Shown piece by piece: positions 40,058-51,759 of a stretch of 64,000 nt of DNA. The translations under genes and the position numbers were made by a program. The DNA comes from Octopus vulgaris (Eukaryota). Below the pieces are notes generated by a model that was not told the origin of the DNA, did no database searches, and was given only the letters and a program-made list of their open reading frames with translations. Location: positions 22,010,001 to 22,074,000 of the forward strand of contig OX597822.1 of NCBI GenBank assembly GCA_951406725.2. The letters are read 5' to 3'. Positions within the stretch are counted from its first letter, which is position 1. Each line of letters opens with the position of its first letter.

Positions 40058-41695
40058 ATCATCATCATCGTCATCATTTAATGTCTGTTGTGCATGCTGC
40101 TCATGGGGTGAACTGTTTGACCGGGGCAGGTAACCTGAAGGGCTGCACCAGACTCCAGTCTGATTTGGCATGGTTTCTACAGCTGGATGCCCTTCCTAAC
40201 ACCAGTCACTCCAAGAGCCTAATGGGTGATTTTATGTGCCACCAGCATGGGTGTCAGTTGTATGACACCAGTATCTGCCACAATTATTATTTCATTTGGC
40301 TTCATGGGTTTTCTACTCCAGCGTGGCATATTGCCAAAGGTCTCAGCCATTTGTCATTGCTTCCATAAGGCTCGACACTTGAAAGGCATTTTTTATGTGC
40401 CACTGGTATGGGTGCTAATTACACAACACTGATATCAGCCATATAGCCTCCATGAGGCCCAACACTGGAAAAAGGTGCTTTTTATATGCCACCAGTACAA
40501 ATGCCAGGTATGTGATATCAGAATCGACCATGAGCATGATTTCACTTGGCTTGACAGGTTTTCTCAAGCACAGCATATCTCCAAAGGTCTCAGTCATTAC
40601 ATCCTTCAGGCCCGATGTTCTGAGATCATGCTTCATCACCTCGTCCTATGTCTTCCTGGGTCTACTTTTTTCACATGTTTCCTCTACAGATAGAAATCAG
40701 CTCTTCACACTGCTGTCCTCATCCATGCCCATCGTATGACTATACCAATGCAGTTGTTTCTCTTGCACACCACATCCAATGCCTTTTATGCCCAATTTTT
40801 CTCTTAAGATGCTTACACTCTGTTGTACATGCACACTGATATTGCACATCCAGTGAAGCATGCTAGCTTCATTTCTTACAAGCTTACACATGCCCTCAGC
40901 AGTCACAGCTCATGTTTCACTGCCATGTAGTATAGCTATATGCACATAAACATTATACAATCTGCCTTTCACTCAGAGAGAGGCTCTTCATTGCCAACTG
41001 AGGTAGGCTCTCTCTGAACTTTGCCCAGCCTATTCTTATTCTCACAGCTATGCTCTTGAAACATCTATCTTCACTAGTGACTTGGTCGCCTAGATAACAG
41101 AAGCTATCAACTATCTCTAGCTTACCATGCTGGCATTTGATAGAGTCTATTTTCTCTACGTTTTTAGCATTTATTGTATTTATACACTTTCCACACACAC
41201 AAGCCTATTTTCCAAGTTAACCTTCCTCTTATATTACTGCACCTCTTGGGTGTCCATAGCTTATACCAGGTACATCTTATGGAATTTCTACTTATGCCTT
41301 TTTTTCTTACTAAGACTTTGGTGTTTGCTAGGTTAACTCTAAGGCCCTTCAATTCTTGACCTTGCTTTCACACCTGAAATTTCTTCTCTAGTTCTGATAG
41401 CGATTCAACTATTAGAATGAGGTCTTCAACATAGAAGAACTCCCAGGGGAAGCCTGTCTTAAATTCCTCTGATATTGCCTGGAGAACTATGATGAATAAG
41501 AGGGAGCTGAGGACTGATCCTTGTTGAACCCCTAATTATATCCTGAATTCATTGCCAACCCTCCCCTTACTGACTAAAACTCTAGATGGCTTATGCAGCT
41601 CTCACTAACCACTTGTCTATCCCTAGTTTCCGCATTCACCACTAGATAAGGGATTCAGGAACCCTGTTAAAAGCTCTCTTCGTGTCAACAAAAAC
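40058..41695 (-). mobile_element. 5'-truncated RTE-type LINE (family E): RT core, Cys/His finger, C-terminus, 3' UTR
   Basis: GVQQGSVLSSLLFIIVLQAISEEFKTGFPWEFFYVEDL, KGLRVNLANTKV, VDSFCYLGD, RIRIGWAKFRE, RNEASMLHWMCN, LHWYSH; (GAT)n tail. Confidence 0.9.
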
Positions 41696-42269
41696 CATAT
41701 ATATATGTATATATTAAAATACAAACAACATATATGCAGTCTTATGTTTTATAAAACATGTGCATTTCATCAAATTACTTGCCATGGTTACATAACTGCC
41801 TGCTGAAATATTATGTAAATCTTATTAATTCTTCTCGTCAGTGTTGAACAAAGAATGATGTTAAGTGCTCAGCATATTCCAATTATGCAAATTATCAACA
41901 ACATTAATGGAGTAGCTGAACAGAGTGGAGTAACTGTATACACTGTAGTAGAAGAGAAGGTCAAGGCAGCTTTTCCATGCTTACAACCATTCCCATATGT
42001 ATATAAAAGAAAGAAAGAGATAAGATAATTCTAGTATCAACCACCCCAACAACAACAATTCCAGCTCCAGAGACCACAAGAATAACATTGATAAAACAAT
42101 AATAAAAATTGTTAATAGCAAGAATAACAGTTACAGTACAAGAAATCTTGTTCTAAGACAAGGTTAAGGAGGCTGGTGTCAAGTTTATGGTAGCAGCTTT
42201 CTGCAACCATAAACATGTTGCTTTCTGGCTAACAAACAAAGAATGTGTTGGTAAGAATTTCCATTGTCA

Positions 42270-42966
42270 GTGGTGTGCAAAATGTAGTACATCCTACCCT
42301 TCATGCTAACACTCACATACATTAACGTCCCAGTATACCATGTCCACATACACTACACCAAGCCTAAATATTCACATGCATTTTTACGCTACTCACTTAA
42401 ATTCTGCATGAAAAATTCATGTATTTTTGATAATACCCAATCCCATCTTTACTTATGTCCTCCATTGGTGGCAATTACAAGCTTTTCTTTCCCAATTCAC
42501 CTCCCATATTTCACAAGTTTTCAATGAAGACTTAACTCAATCCTTAAATTGTCTTGGCTAGGAGTGCTTTTACCAAGCAAGTTCACCATATAGGATCTGC
42601 TTAGGCATCCTCTGATCATTCATTCAAACAAGTTGTCCAGTCCAATGTAAACGGTACTTGTGCACCATCACCTCAATGCTCAGGATGTTGGATTCTTTCA
42701 AGATCTCTGTGCCTGGAGTCTACAAGGACAAGCCAACATTCAGAATGTGTCAGGCATCTACTCTTTTACTTGTTTCAGTCATTTGACTGCGGCCATGCTG
42801 GAGCACCGCCTTTAGTCGAATCAAATCGACCCCAGGACTTATTCTTTGTAAGCCCAGTACTTATTCTATCGGTCTCTTTTGCCGAACCGCTAAGTGATGG
42901 CGACGTAAATACACCAGCATCGGTTGTCAAGCAATGCTAGGGGGACAAACACAGACACACAAACAT

Positions 42967-42997
<31 letters not shown>

Positions 42998-43240
42998 CAT
43001 ATATACGACGGGCTTCTTTCAGTTTCCATCTACCAAATCCACTCACAAGGCTTTGGTCAGCCTGAGGCTATAGTAGAAGACACTTGCCCAAGATGCCACA
43101 CAGTGGGACTGAACCTGGAACCATGTGGTTGGTAAGCAAGCTACTTACCACACAGCCACTCCTGAGGAAAATTTTCAAAGACCTTTACATGATGCTTGTA
43201 AAGAGTTCATGTCTCACAAGAGTAAAGGAGTGACGTCAGC
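42270..43240 (-). mobile_element. BovB-like RTE LINE C-terminal fragment, split by a SINE
   Basis: LTSLLYSCET*TLYKHHVKVFENFPQ | CL..ILNV...SIEVMVHKYRLHWTGQLV*MNDQRMPKQILYGEL. Confidence 0.8.
42760..43164 (-). mobile_element. Young family A CORE-like SINE
   Basis: Close reverse complement of 48432-48884. Confidence 0.9.
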
Positions 43241-44044
43241 TGATAGGCATGATCCACAGCGACATACAGATACACATATACAGACATATATGTACACAGC
43301 ATGCATATGGGTACATACACACATGAACAGATAACCGCATATTACCCACTATTATGTCAAACGACAAACACTTTCTAAAGCAACATTGCTCCTACCCCTG
43401 AGCACATATGCTTACCTGTTGTTGCACACCAGCATATAAGTTCACAGGTAGTCACTAAACAGTGGTAGATTATCCAAAAATATTATATAGGTTCATTTTG
43501 TCCTGTAAGTCAATAAGCCTGTTCAGTTGGCAATCATAGGGGAAGCACAATGCATTGTTCAGAAGAGTGTATAATTACGTGCAACCCAGTTAATTGTTCC
43601 AAGCGTTGTGCATACTTGATTGGGTAGTATTCAGGCATGTGGGGGCAACTTGTAATCCAATATCTTGTGCTTCATTATTCCCAGTATAACTATAGTTGGG
43701 TACTCCATGGAAACATTGTCAATACAAACACAGTCAGGGTAAATATATAAGATGAGAAAGGAGTTCACACACTGGTATACAGACAGGGATGTTCAGGTGG
43801 TGGGTATTAGGGTAAAACTGGAAGAAATGCTGCTAAGCATTTTGCCTGTTGCACAAATGATTCTGCCAGCTCTCTGCTTTCTATTGTCCTGCATTTATAA
43901 AACAATAATGATTATTTCTTTAAATGTGGTGAATTGGCAGTGTCATTTGAGTATAGGTAGAATGCCTCACAGGATTTGTTTTGACTCTGCCCTATGGGTT
44001 CAAATACTGTTAAGGGTAACTTTTGTATTTTATCCCTTTTAGAA

Positions 44045-44370
44045 TTACCAAAATGATATCACTCCAGGGTAGTGCATTGACAGAACTGTTTGATGATTAA
44101 GATGTCTGCCAGTATTTATTTCAGCCCATGCAAGTAAAAAGTTATTGTTTGCAGAGCTACATTCAGGTGTAGGGGGTTTATCTGGAATTTGTTGAAAATA
44201 TTTATCTGGAGCCATTTGAATGTTATGAGAGCTTTTTGCTCTCTTACATGTTTTGGCATGCTGTTAAAGAAAGCAGGGTCCATTGAGGTGAGTAGTTCGG
44301 TTTTGGTGTTGTGAGGTGACATGAGCATGTTTTTTGTAGAGAATGGATGCAAATAGTATATATCTTGTTA
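44045..44370 (-). mobile_element. CR1-group LINE 3' fragment
   Basis: DPAFFNSMPKHVRE...FK resembles the LINE C-terminal (G)P.LFN.LP..IR...FK. Confidence 0.5.
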
Positions 44371-44780
44371 TGGTTTATAAACATTCAGAAAGCAACCATT
44401 GGTTTCATGGATGCAATAGAAGACAAGAAAGCAACGACAACTTTCTGACTGGTTATATATCATAACCAGGAATATACTATGCAACAATATACAAGTATAA
44501 CCACTCAAATCTCTAAAATGACTCTGGTCCCAAGTTGTTTTGATCCAATTTGGTGGGACTCCACCAAACACCAAAGTATAGAGAGGAAAGACTTGCATGT
44601 GTGAACAACTGCTAGTTCTTCAAAAGTTCTTGCCCAGGCCTAGCAGATATGTGTGTAGATGCTTGGTTGACATTGAACAAGAAAGGATTGACTCTGCTAT
44701 ATTAATAAATTTTTTGTCGGTTTCAGTTTCTTAAGTTTTTTGGGTTTTTTTGTCTTACATATTTGTTTCTTCTTTTGCAG

Positions 44781-44932
44781 ATTTGATTGCCATACCAGAC
44801 TTTGAACAAGGTGCTATGGAGAATTGGGGTCTCATAACATTCAGAACAACCCAGTTACTGTTTGATTCATCTCAGACTGTGAGATTAAGAATGTTAGTAA
44901 TTGAAACGATTGCTCATGAGTTTGCCCATCAG
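44781..44932 (+). CDS. Internal exon of M1-family zinc aminopeptidase (APN/APA/ERAP-like), catalytic GAMEN + HEXXH
   Basis: Acceptor TTTGTTTCTTCTTTTGCAG, donor CAG|GTGAGG; phase 1 in, phase 0 out; (D)[50 protein letters not shown]. Confidence 0.96.
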
Positions 44933-45340
44933 GTGAGGAATACATCAGAAGCTCTGCTTTTGTTTATTTTAATTTTACATTTCAAAATTCAGAAACTTTC
45001 ATTTTTTTTTTGTTTTTCTGTGATTCTCATATATATTATGTTATTGTTAACAACTGGAAGAAGGTGCTTCTATTCCACTTACTAAAGTGGATGAAGCTTT
45101 GGTCAGGAGGGGTTGATATCATCAAACTGGATCCAACAACCATTGGGTATTTTGGCCCTAAACTGTAAATCACTGGTTTCACCCCAACAATAGAAAGGGA
45201 GAAAACAATGGTAACCTTTTGACTGGTTGCATATCATAACCAAGAATGTCCTACTCATCATTATAAAAATATAACTGCTCAATTTCTCTTTTAGAGTGTA
45301 CCGTTTTTGTTTTTTTTTGCTGAAATATGAACTACTGACC

Positions 45341-45432
<92 letters not shown>

Positions 45433-45589
45433 GTTATGCATGTACATAATCATTAATGAATAAAAGAAAAATAATTGAATATATATATATACATCAATTG
45501 ACAGAAAAGTTCTGACTTAGTAGAATATCAACATATTTAAATACAATAAACTTTTGAAGTAACGATATCCAGTTAGCAACCTGATATCA

Positions 45590-47000
45590 GTCTTCACCAT
45601 TTCTTTAGCTTACTCTTCTGAGGGTTACTTTCAATTGGATCATTTGTCACTTCTTTACCCAACTGTCATTCACTATGTGAATTTTATGTCCATACCAATT
45701 CAGTCTTCTCTCCAACATATCCAGTTCTTCTCAGCTAATCTTTACTTGTTATTACTCTTTACATACACAAACATTACACACCAGGGGATAATGTGCACCT
45801 CATTTATTTCCAGCCTTTGCATATGCACTGCATTTCTTCCACATTCAATGTTCATGTTTAGCTGCCATGCAACATTGTACTTTCTGCAAAAGCATCAAAT
45901 ATTCTACACTTCCCTTGTTTCTTAGTAAATGTAATAGTTCCTTAACTGTTTTCACCCAACCCTTACTGTAACCTCTATGCTTTCAGAACACACACCTTTA
46001 CTAATACAAATAAAAAGTGTTACCTTCTCCTGTGAACTCTACCATGAAATTAAAACAATTCATTTCATGAATTCCTTTAGAACTAACAACTGTTGCATAG
46101 CTGCTATATATATAAAACTACATTCTCTGTCAATCTGCCTGTGACTCTATTGTACCTCTTCTGTACCTTGAGTGTATATTGATTACACAGTATGGAATAT
46201 TTACTTAGGACTTTATGGAATATCAAACCTAGTGCCACGATAAGTGGCAGTAGGCTTCTATATTTTTTTATTTTAAGCTATGACTTATGTCCTTGCTAGA
46301 ATATTTTTAGCCTTTTAGATTTTAGCTCTGCTTCCATGTTTCAAACTTTTCCTTTACATTTTAAAGCAATACTATAAAAATTAGGTTTACAGTTCCCTTA
46401 GGCAGTGAGTTTTGAAATTTTCTGCTTGGCCAAAAGGTTAATCATAAATTGGTGGCAGTAGTCAAGAACCAAATCCTGAGAAATACCTACAACATATTAA
46501 AGTTCTTACTGACAAATTCATTATCACCTTTTGAAGGTTCTCACAAGCCATTTGTATTCAGTTTTCTTCATGGCTAACAGACTCCATTTCATGGAACCCT
46601 ACCAGACGTTTTGATGTTAGTTAAAATCTTCTGTAATTGTCTCACTATAAAGAGGGCATCAGAAGTACTCCATCCTGGCACAAACTGGAGCTACACTTAT
46701 CTTCCTAATTAGCTGTTCTGTAATTCTTTCTGTAACTTTCAGAACTTTTGTCAGTCAGTTTGATGCATCTGTAGTTGCTCTTGTACCAGTTAATAATGTT
46801 ACTGCTATGAAAATCATTGGGTATTAATACCTTCTTTTATTTCCTGATTGACTATGAGAGTGATTAGTCTCTGCCTACTCTCCCAAATATTTTCAGTTTT
46901 CCAGCTTTTACTCATAATGGTCCTGCTGCTTTTTCCTATCTTTATATCTTTAATGTCCTTTTTCAAACTGGTGTCTTTGTGTAAATGAAAGAAATAATTA
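45590..47000 (-). mobile_element. Highly decayed RTE LINE
   Basis: QFVPGWSTSDALL..RQLQK (cf. QFGF.PGRSTTDAIF.VRQLQEK); SILCNQYTLKVQKR; C-terminal similarity to 40700-41000. Confidence 0.6.
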
Positions 47001-48431
47001 GGGGTGCTTCCTCTTCTAACAGTAATAATTTGCTAACTATTTATGGCTGGTGGGAATGAACTAACTTGCTAACTGGACTGGGACACCTTTGAGATGCTTG
47101 GATGTTCTCAGATTAGAAATACAGAATCAGTGACAGACTTATAAAATTGATGCCATTAACCATTTGGTTGGTTGTCGTTAATGTTTCAGTCAGCTGCAAT
47201 TTTATAACTAATTAAAGTGAACAATATTTTATATTTAACATAATAAAGAAGTAAAATATAATTAAAAATAGCTTGATATATTCCTGTATTCACTATGAAT
47301 TTATCACTATAAATTAGTTTAATTTGTAAAGTATATCAAAAGACCATTGACAGACCATAAAATTTAATATATGGAGAAATAAATTTAAAACAAAATAAAT
47401 AATAATACTTAGAGAGTGTTTGATTTTAAGATATTTTTCACAATCTAATTAAATGTTGTAGAAAAAGGGAAAATAAATTCATTAACTTTACTGGTTTGTG
47501 CACAAATTAGTAGTGCATCAGACAAAATTCCTAGTGGTATTCTATTGTATCTCTTTACAGTGTGAGTTCAGTTTTCATTAAGGTTAATTTTATCTTTCAT
47601 CCTTCATGGCTAATTGAATAAATATTAGTTAAGTATTGTTGCATTTGATCAAACAGGCCACACCATCCTTCAAAATTTAGTCTGTGAGAAAAGTCTTAGA
47701 AAATCTTATATAGACAAGTGTTGGGGTGATGTAGAGTGTCAATAATTACAAGATCCTTATAAGGTTGGGCCTAATCTCTCAATGCTCTCTGTTCAGAACT
47801 TGCTTAAATCACAATACATTCAGATTTCTTGATGTTGTTTTCCCCAGATCAGTCATGAACAGATAGACTGGCCAGTGTGGTTAACAAGTCCTCTTTATAA
47901 TCACATGGTTCTGGGTTCAATCCCATTGCATTTCACTGTGGGCTAGTATCTTCTACAATAACTTAGGATTGACCAATACCATGCAAGTGGAATCAGGTTG
48001 ATCAAAATTGTGTGAAGCCCTGTTATGTGTCTTTCGCAGAGGAATACATATTTTGTCCAAAAGTATAAACATTTATGAGAAACAGAAACAAGGCAATGAA
48101 ATGGTGACACTTCCTCTCACCATCAGAAATGCAGTGAATCAATGATTGACTCATGGCTTATAGTAACTAACGATGCCATTATTCAAAAACTGTAGGGTAA
48201 AATAAAATTGGTTCTATGATCAAATGTTTTCCAGTCATGACTGCCATATTTTTATGACCGTCACATTACTGATATAGCATTTCTAATGATGGTGAACTGG
48301 TAGTTATTAAAGTGTTATCAGAGTGCTTTCTGCACTCAGGTCCCACTGAGGTCAACTTTGTCTATAATCCTTTCAAGGATTATAAAAGATGATTAAAAAT
48401 ATCAATGAAAAAGTACCAGTTCAAGGGAGTA

Positions 48432-48597
48432 GCGCAGGAGTGGCTGTGTGGTAAGTAGCTTGCTAACCAACCACATGGTTCCGGGTTCAGTCCCACTGCA
48501 TGGCACCTTGGGCAAGTGTCTTCTGCTATAGCCCTGGGCTGACCAATGCCTTGTGAGTGGATTTGGTAGACGGAAACTGAAAGAAGCCTGTTGTATA

Positions 48598-48639
<42 letters not shown>

Positions 48640-48884
48640 TATACATATATATATATGCATGTGTGTGTATGTGTTTGTGTGTCTGTCCCCTTAGCATTGC
48701 TTGACAACCGATGCTGGTGTGTTTACGTCCCCCGTCACTTAGCGGTTTGGCAAAAGAGACCGATAGAATAAGTACTGGGCTTACAAAGAATAAGTCCCGG
48801 GGTCGATTTGCTTGACTAAAGGCGGTGCTCCAGCATGGCCACAGTCAAATGACTGAAACAAGTAAAAGAATAAAGAGTAAAAAG
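48432..48884 (+). mobile_element. Full-length young family A CORE-like SINE
   Basis: GCGCAGGAGTGGCTGTGTGGTAAG (A box), GGTTCAGTCCC (B box-like), GGCACCTTGGGCAAGTG CORE-like segment, internal (TA)n, GTAAAAGA tail. Confidence 0.92.
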
Positions 48885-50279
48885 TCCTCCTCTTGGATAT
48901 GCATCAGTGGCATGGAAAGAGGAAAGTTGTATACAAGAACTACTGCCAGACTTCCTCAATAAATCTTGTCCACATGTGCACATATGTAAATATGTGCACA
49001 TGAGTGGTTAACATTGAACTACATGGGCTTTATATAGTTTTTCCCATGATTACATCATCCAATGTAGCTCTCACCTTCTAAAAGGATAAGTTGTAATCTA
49101 AGAGAGACTTAGCTCAGGTTTGATCAGTTAAATACCATGTATGTAATGCAGTCAGTTCAATAAACTGTACCCCTCACCTACAAATTTATAGCTTTGTCCT
49201 AATCTTTGCTTGTAGAAGAACACGGAATCTGTTTGAAGTATATTTTTATTAAATAGGTTTTTGTGTTTTAGCACTTATTATACATGAGTCACCTTTAATT
49301 AGCAAGTGATTTCAGTTGAGTTTATGTGTTTGGACTAAAACAATGACACAAAGTAAAATCATTACAGCCATTAAAAAAAATACATACAAGATTGTATTAT
49401 GTTCCATTTATTATCATATTGTAATAATAATATATATAATTAGATATCAAAGTCTGTTAGTTTGATGTAATGTAGCCACTGATTCATTGTGTCTCATATT
49501 GTATTCTATTGTAGAAATTATGTTCTAGAATATAGAGGTGACGTAATTAAGCACCACAAGGAATTTTATTCCTTGCTCTGTCTTATTCAGTCAATCAACT
49601 ACTGTTGCTCATACTATAACATTTGTTTGTCTAATAAACCAATGGTTCTTCTCCCTTAAAGACTTGCTTCAATCAGTATTGGCAGTACAGCATCTTTTGT
49701 GATTCTAGAGACACATATGAGAGTGACAGTCATGGTTGTAGTGGTTACATTCGAATGATATGATGATCAGTATTTTCCTTGAGGTGTTTTCATTTTTTTC
49801 TTTTGAGAGCGAACTTTTCTTTAGCGGCATACCACAGCTTCCCTCTTTTGTTAAACCATCACTAAGTTCCAGTCTCCTGTAAGATTGATTTCAATTGAAA
49901 TGTTCTCCTACTTCCCAGTGTAACTGTATGCCTCTTGCAGGCAACTTTGAAACAAACATGGAAATTACCTTTGTACTCTCTTGCTGGAAGCTGGATCCCC
50001 TTACAATAGGGTTTTGGTGGATACTCCTATCTGAAGCATAGTGTAAGTAGCTCGCTGTGAAGATAAAAAGACTGAGTAGATTAGAAAAGACCAGGAGCTT
50101 ATAATTGATGAATCAGTTCACTTGATATCTAAAATTAATTTCAGATTTTAAAACTGCTTTAAAAAACCAGTGTTGTTGAAGATGAAGGTTCTGTTGACTG
50201 GAAACTTAATGTTTATCATCAACTTACTATTCTCACAGACTTCAGGTCATTCTTGCAAGTTTCTCTTCTGATTTGTCAA

Positions 50280-50590
50280 GTGGCTAAGTTCCTTTTGAGT
50301 GTTGGGCCTCATGGAGGCATTGATCAAGACCTTTGGCATTATGTTGTGCTTGAGAAGGAGACCCATCAAACTGAGCAAAATCACAGTCATAGCTGATACT
50401 CGTGTCACATAAATGGCACCCATACCAGATGCATGTAAAAGCAACCATTACACTCTCAGAGTGGTTGGTGTTAGGAAGGACATCCAGCCATAGAAAACCA
50501 TGCCAAATCAGACTGGAGTCTGGTGCAGTCTTCCAGCTTACCTTTCCTGGGCAGACCATCCAACGGACGTTAAATCATGATGATGATGAT
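50280..50590 (+). mobile_element. RTE LINE 3' end (family E)
   Basis: GGACGTTAAATCATGATGATGAT tail; homologous to 30885-31250. Confidence 0.8.
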
Positions 50591-50934
50591 AAATTTAAGA
50601 AGAGACTGACCATGATGTTTGTGCCAAGGTAGGAGAACTCATGCACAAACTTCAGCTCAGTTGTTGATCATAATAACAGGGACAGAGATGTTCAATGGCT
50701 TGGCCCAATACATTGAATTCTCCGGGCTGATGGCCAGGTTCAAAGTCCTGTAAAGCTTTCGAGAAGCTGTCCATAAGGTCGTCTGAGGAAAAGTAATAAT
50801 TATTGGGCAAGGCTAGAATATTTATAAGTTGTAAAATGACAAAAATCTTAATATGGAAATATTAGAATTACTTTTTAAAATATCAAAAATTCAATATGTG
50901 GAAACAGTATAAAGTTATATTTTCAATCAATTAA

Positions 50935-50980
<46 letters not shown>

Positions 50981-50992
50981 CATGTATTAATT

Positions 50993-51096
50993 ACTTTTGA
51001 AGGTGAAATTTCCTAGTGAGTTAACTGAGTTGTGTATTTTCACTCGTCAGTCAAGTGGAAACACGGGGCTTACTGGGAAATTTCAACTTCAAAAGT
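50993..51096. repeat. ~104-bp imperfect foldback
   Basis: ACTTTTGAAGGTGAAATTTCCTAGTGAG / CTTACTGGGAAATTTCAACTTCAAAAGT. Confidence 0.85.
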
Positions 51097-51330
51097 GAAA
51101 AAGTCTATAACTTCTACTTGACATATTGTATATTTTCATTTCTCATGTGTGTGTAGCTGTGTGTGTTGATGGTATGTATGTGGCATGTTGTGATTATTAA
51201 AATTTCACATTTAAAAGTTATATCTTCAAAAATTAATACATAATTTCAAATATCATTAAAGTTATTTATAGATATTGGGAGAGTACAAATAATTCATTAT
51301 TAACATTACATACAAATTTAAATTAGAAAC

Positions 51331-51648
51331 AATGAAAGAATATTCTGTTGTGTCTGGGGAGAGTCATTTTCTTTTTATGCCTTATAATGTAACACACTCA
51401 CCGGTAAAAATTTTCGTTGCGTCTTGCAACCTTTTCATTAGTCTTCACTATTGAAAAGGTTGCAAGATGCAACGAAAATTTTTGGACAATATAAATAAGA
51501 AATAAGTGGAAATTTTACCAGTGAGTGTGTTACATTATAAGGCACAAAAAGAAAATGACACTTCCTAGACACAACAGAATATGCTTCAACACACGAACTC
51601 ATATAAAGAATCTTGCAAACCAAATCCAAAATCTAAATGAAAGAATAT
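51331..51648. mobile_element. Inverted-duplicated retroelement end (Penelope-like?) with 13-bp TSD
   Basis: AATGAAAGAATAT at 51331-51343 and 51636-51648; arms 51340-51441 and 51448-51582. Confidence 0.75.
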
Positions 51649-51759
51649 CTTATTTTCTATCCACTGTGGAATTTGAAACTCTGTATTAACTTTTGAAAGT
51701 ATGGGTTTTTCATGAAGAATTTTACTAACCTTTTCGAATTTTGAAACTTATTAAAATAT

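Noticed and set aside
41842-42030. Open frame containing KAAFPC, similar to M1 ARxAFPCFDEP
   Set aside because: No FDEP or upstream TQF; weak splice signals; likely chance
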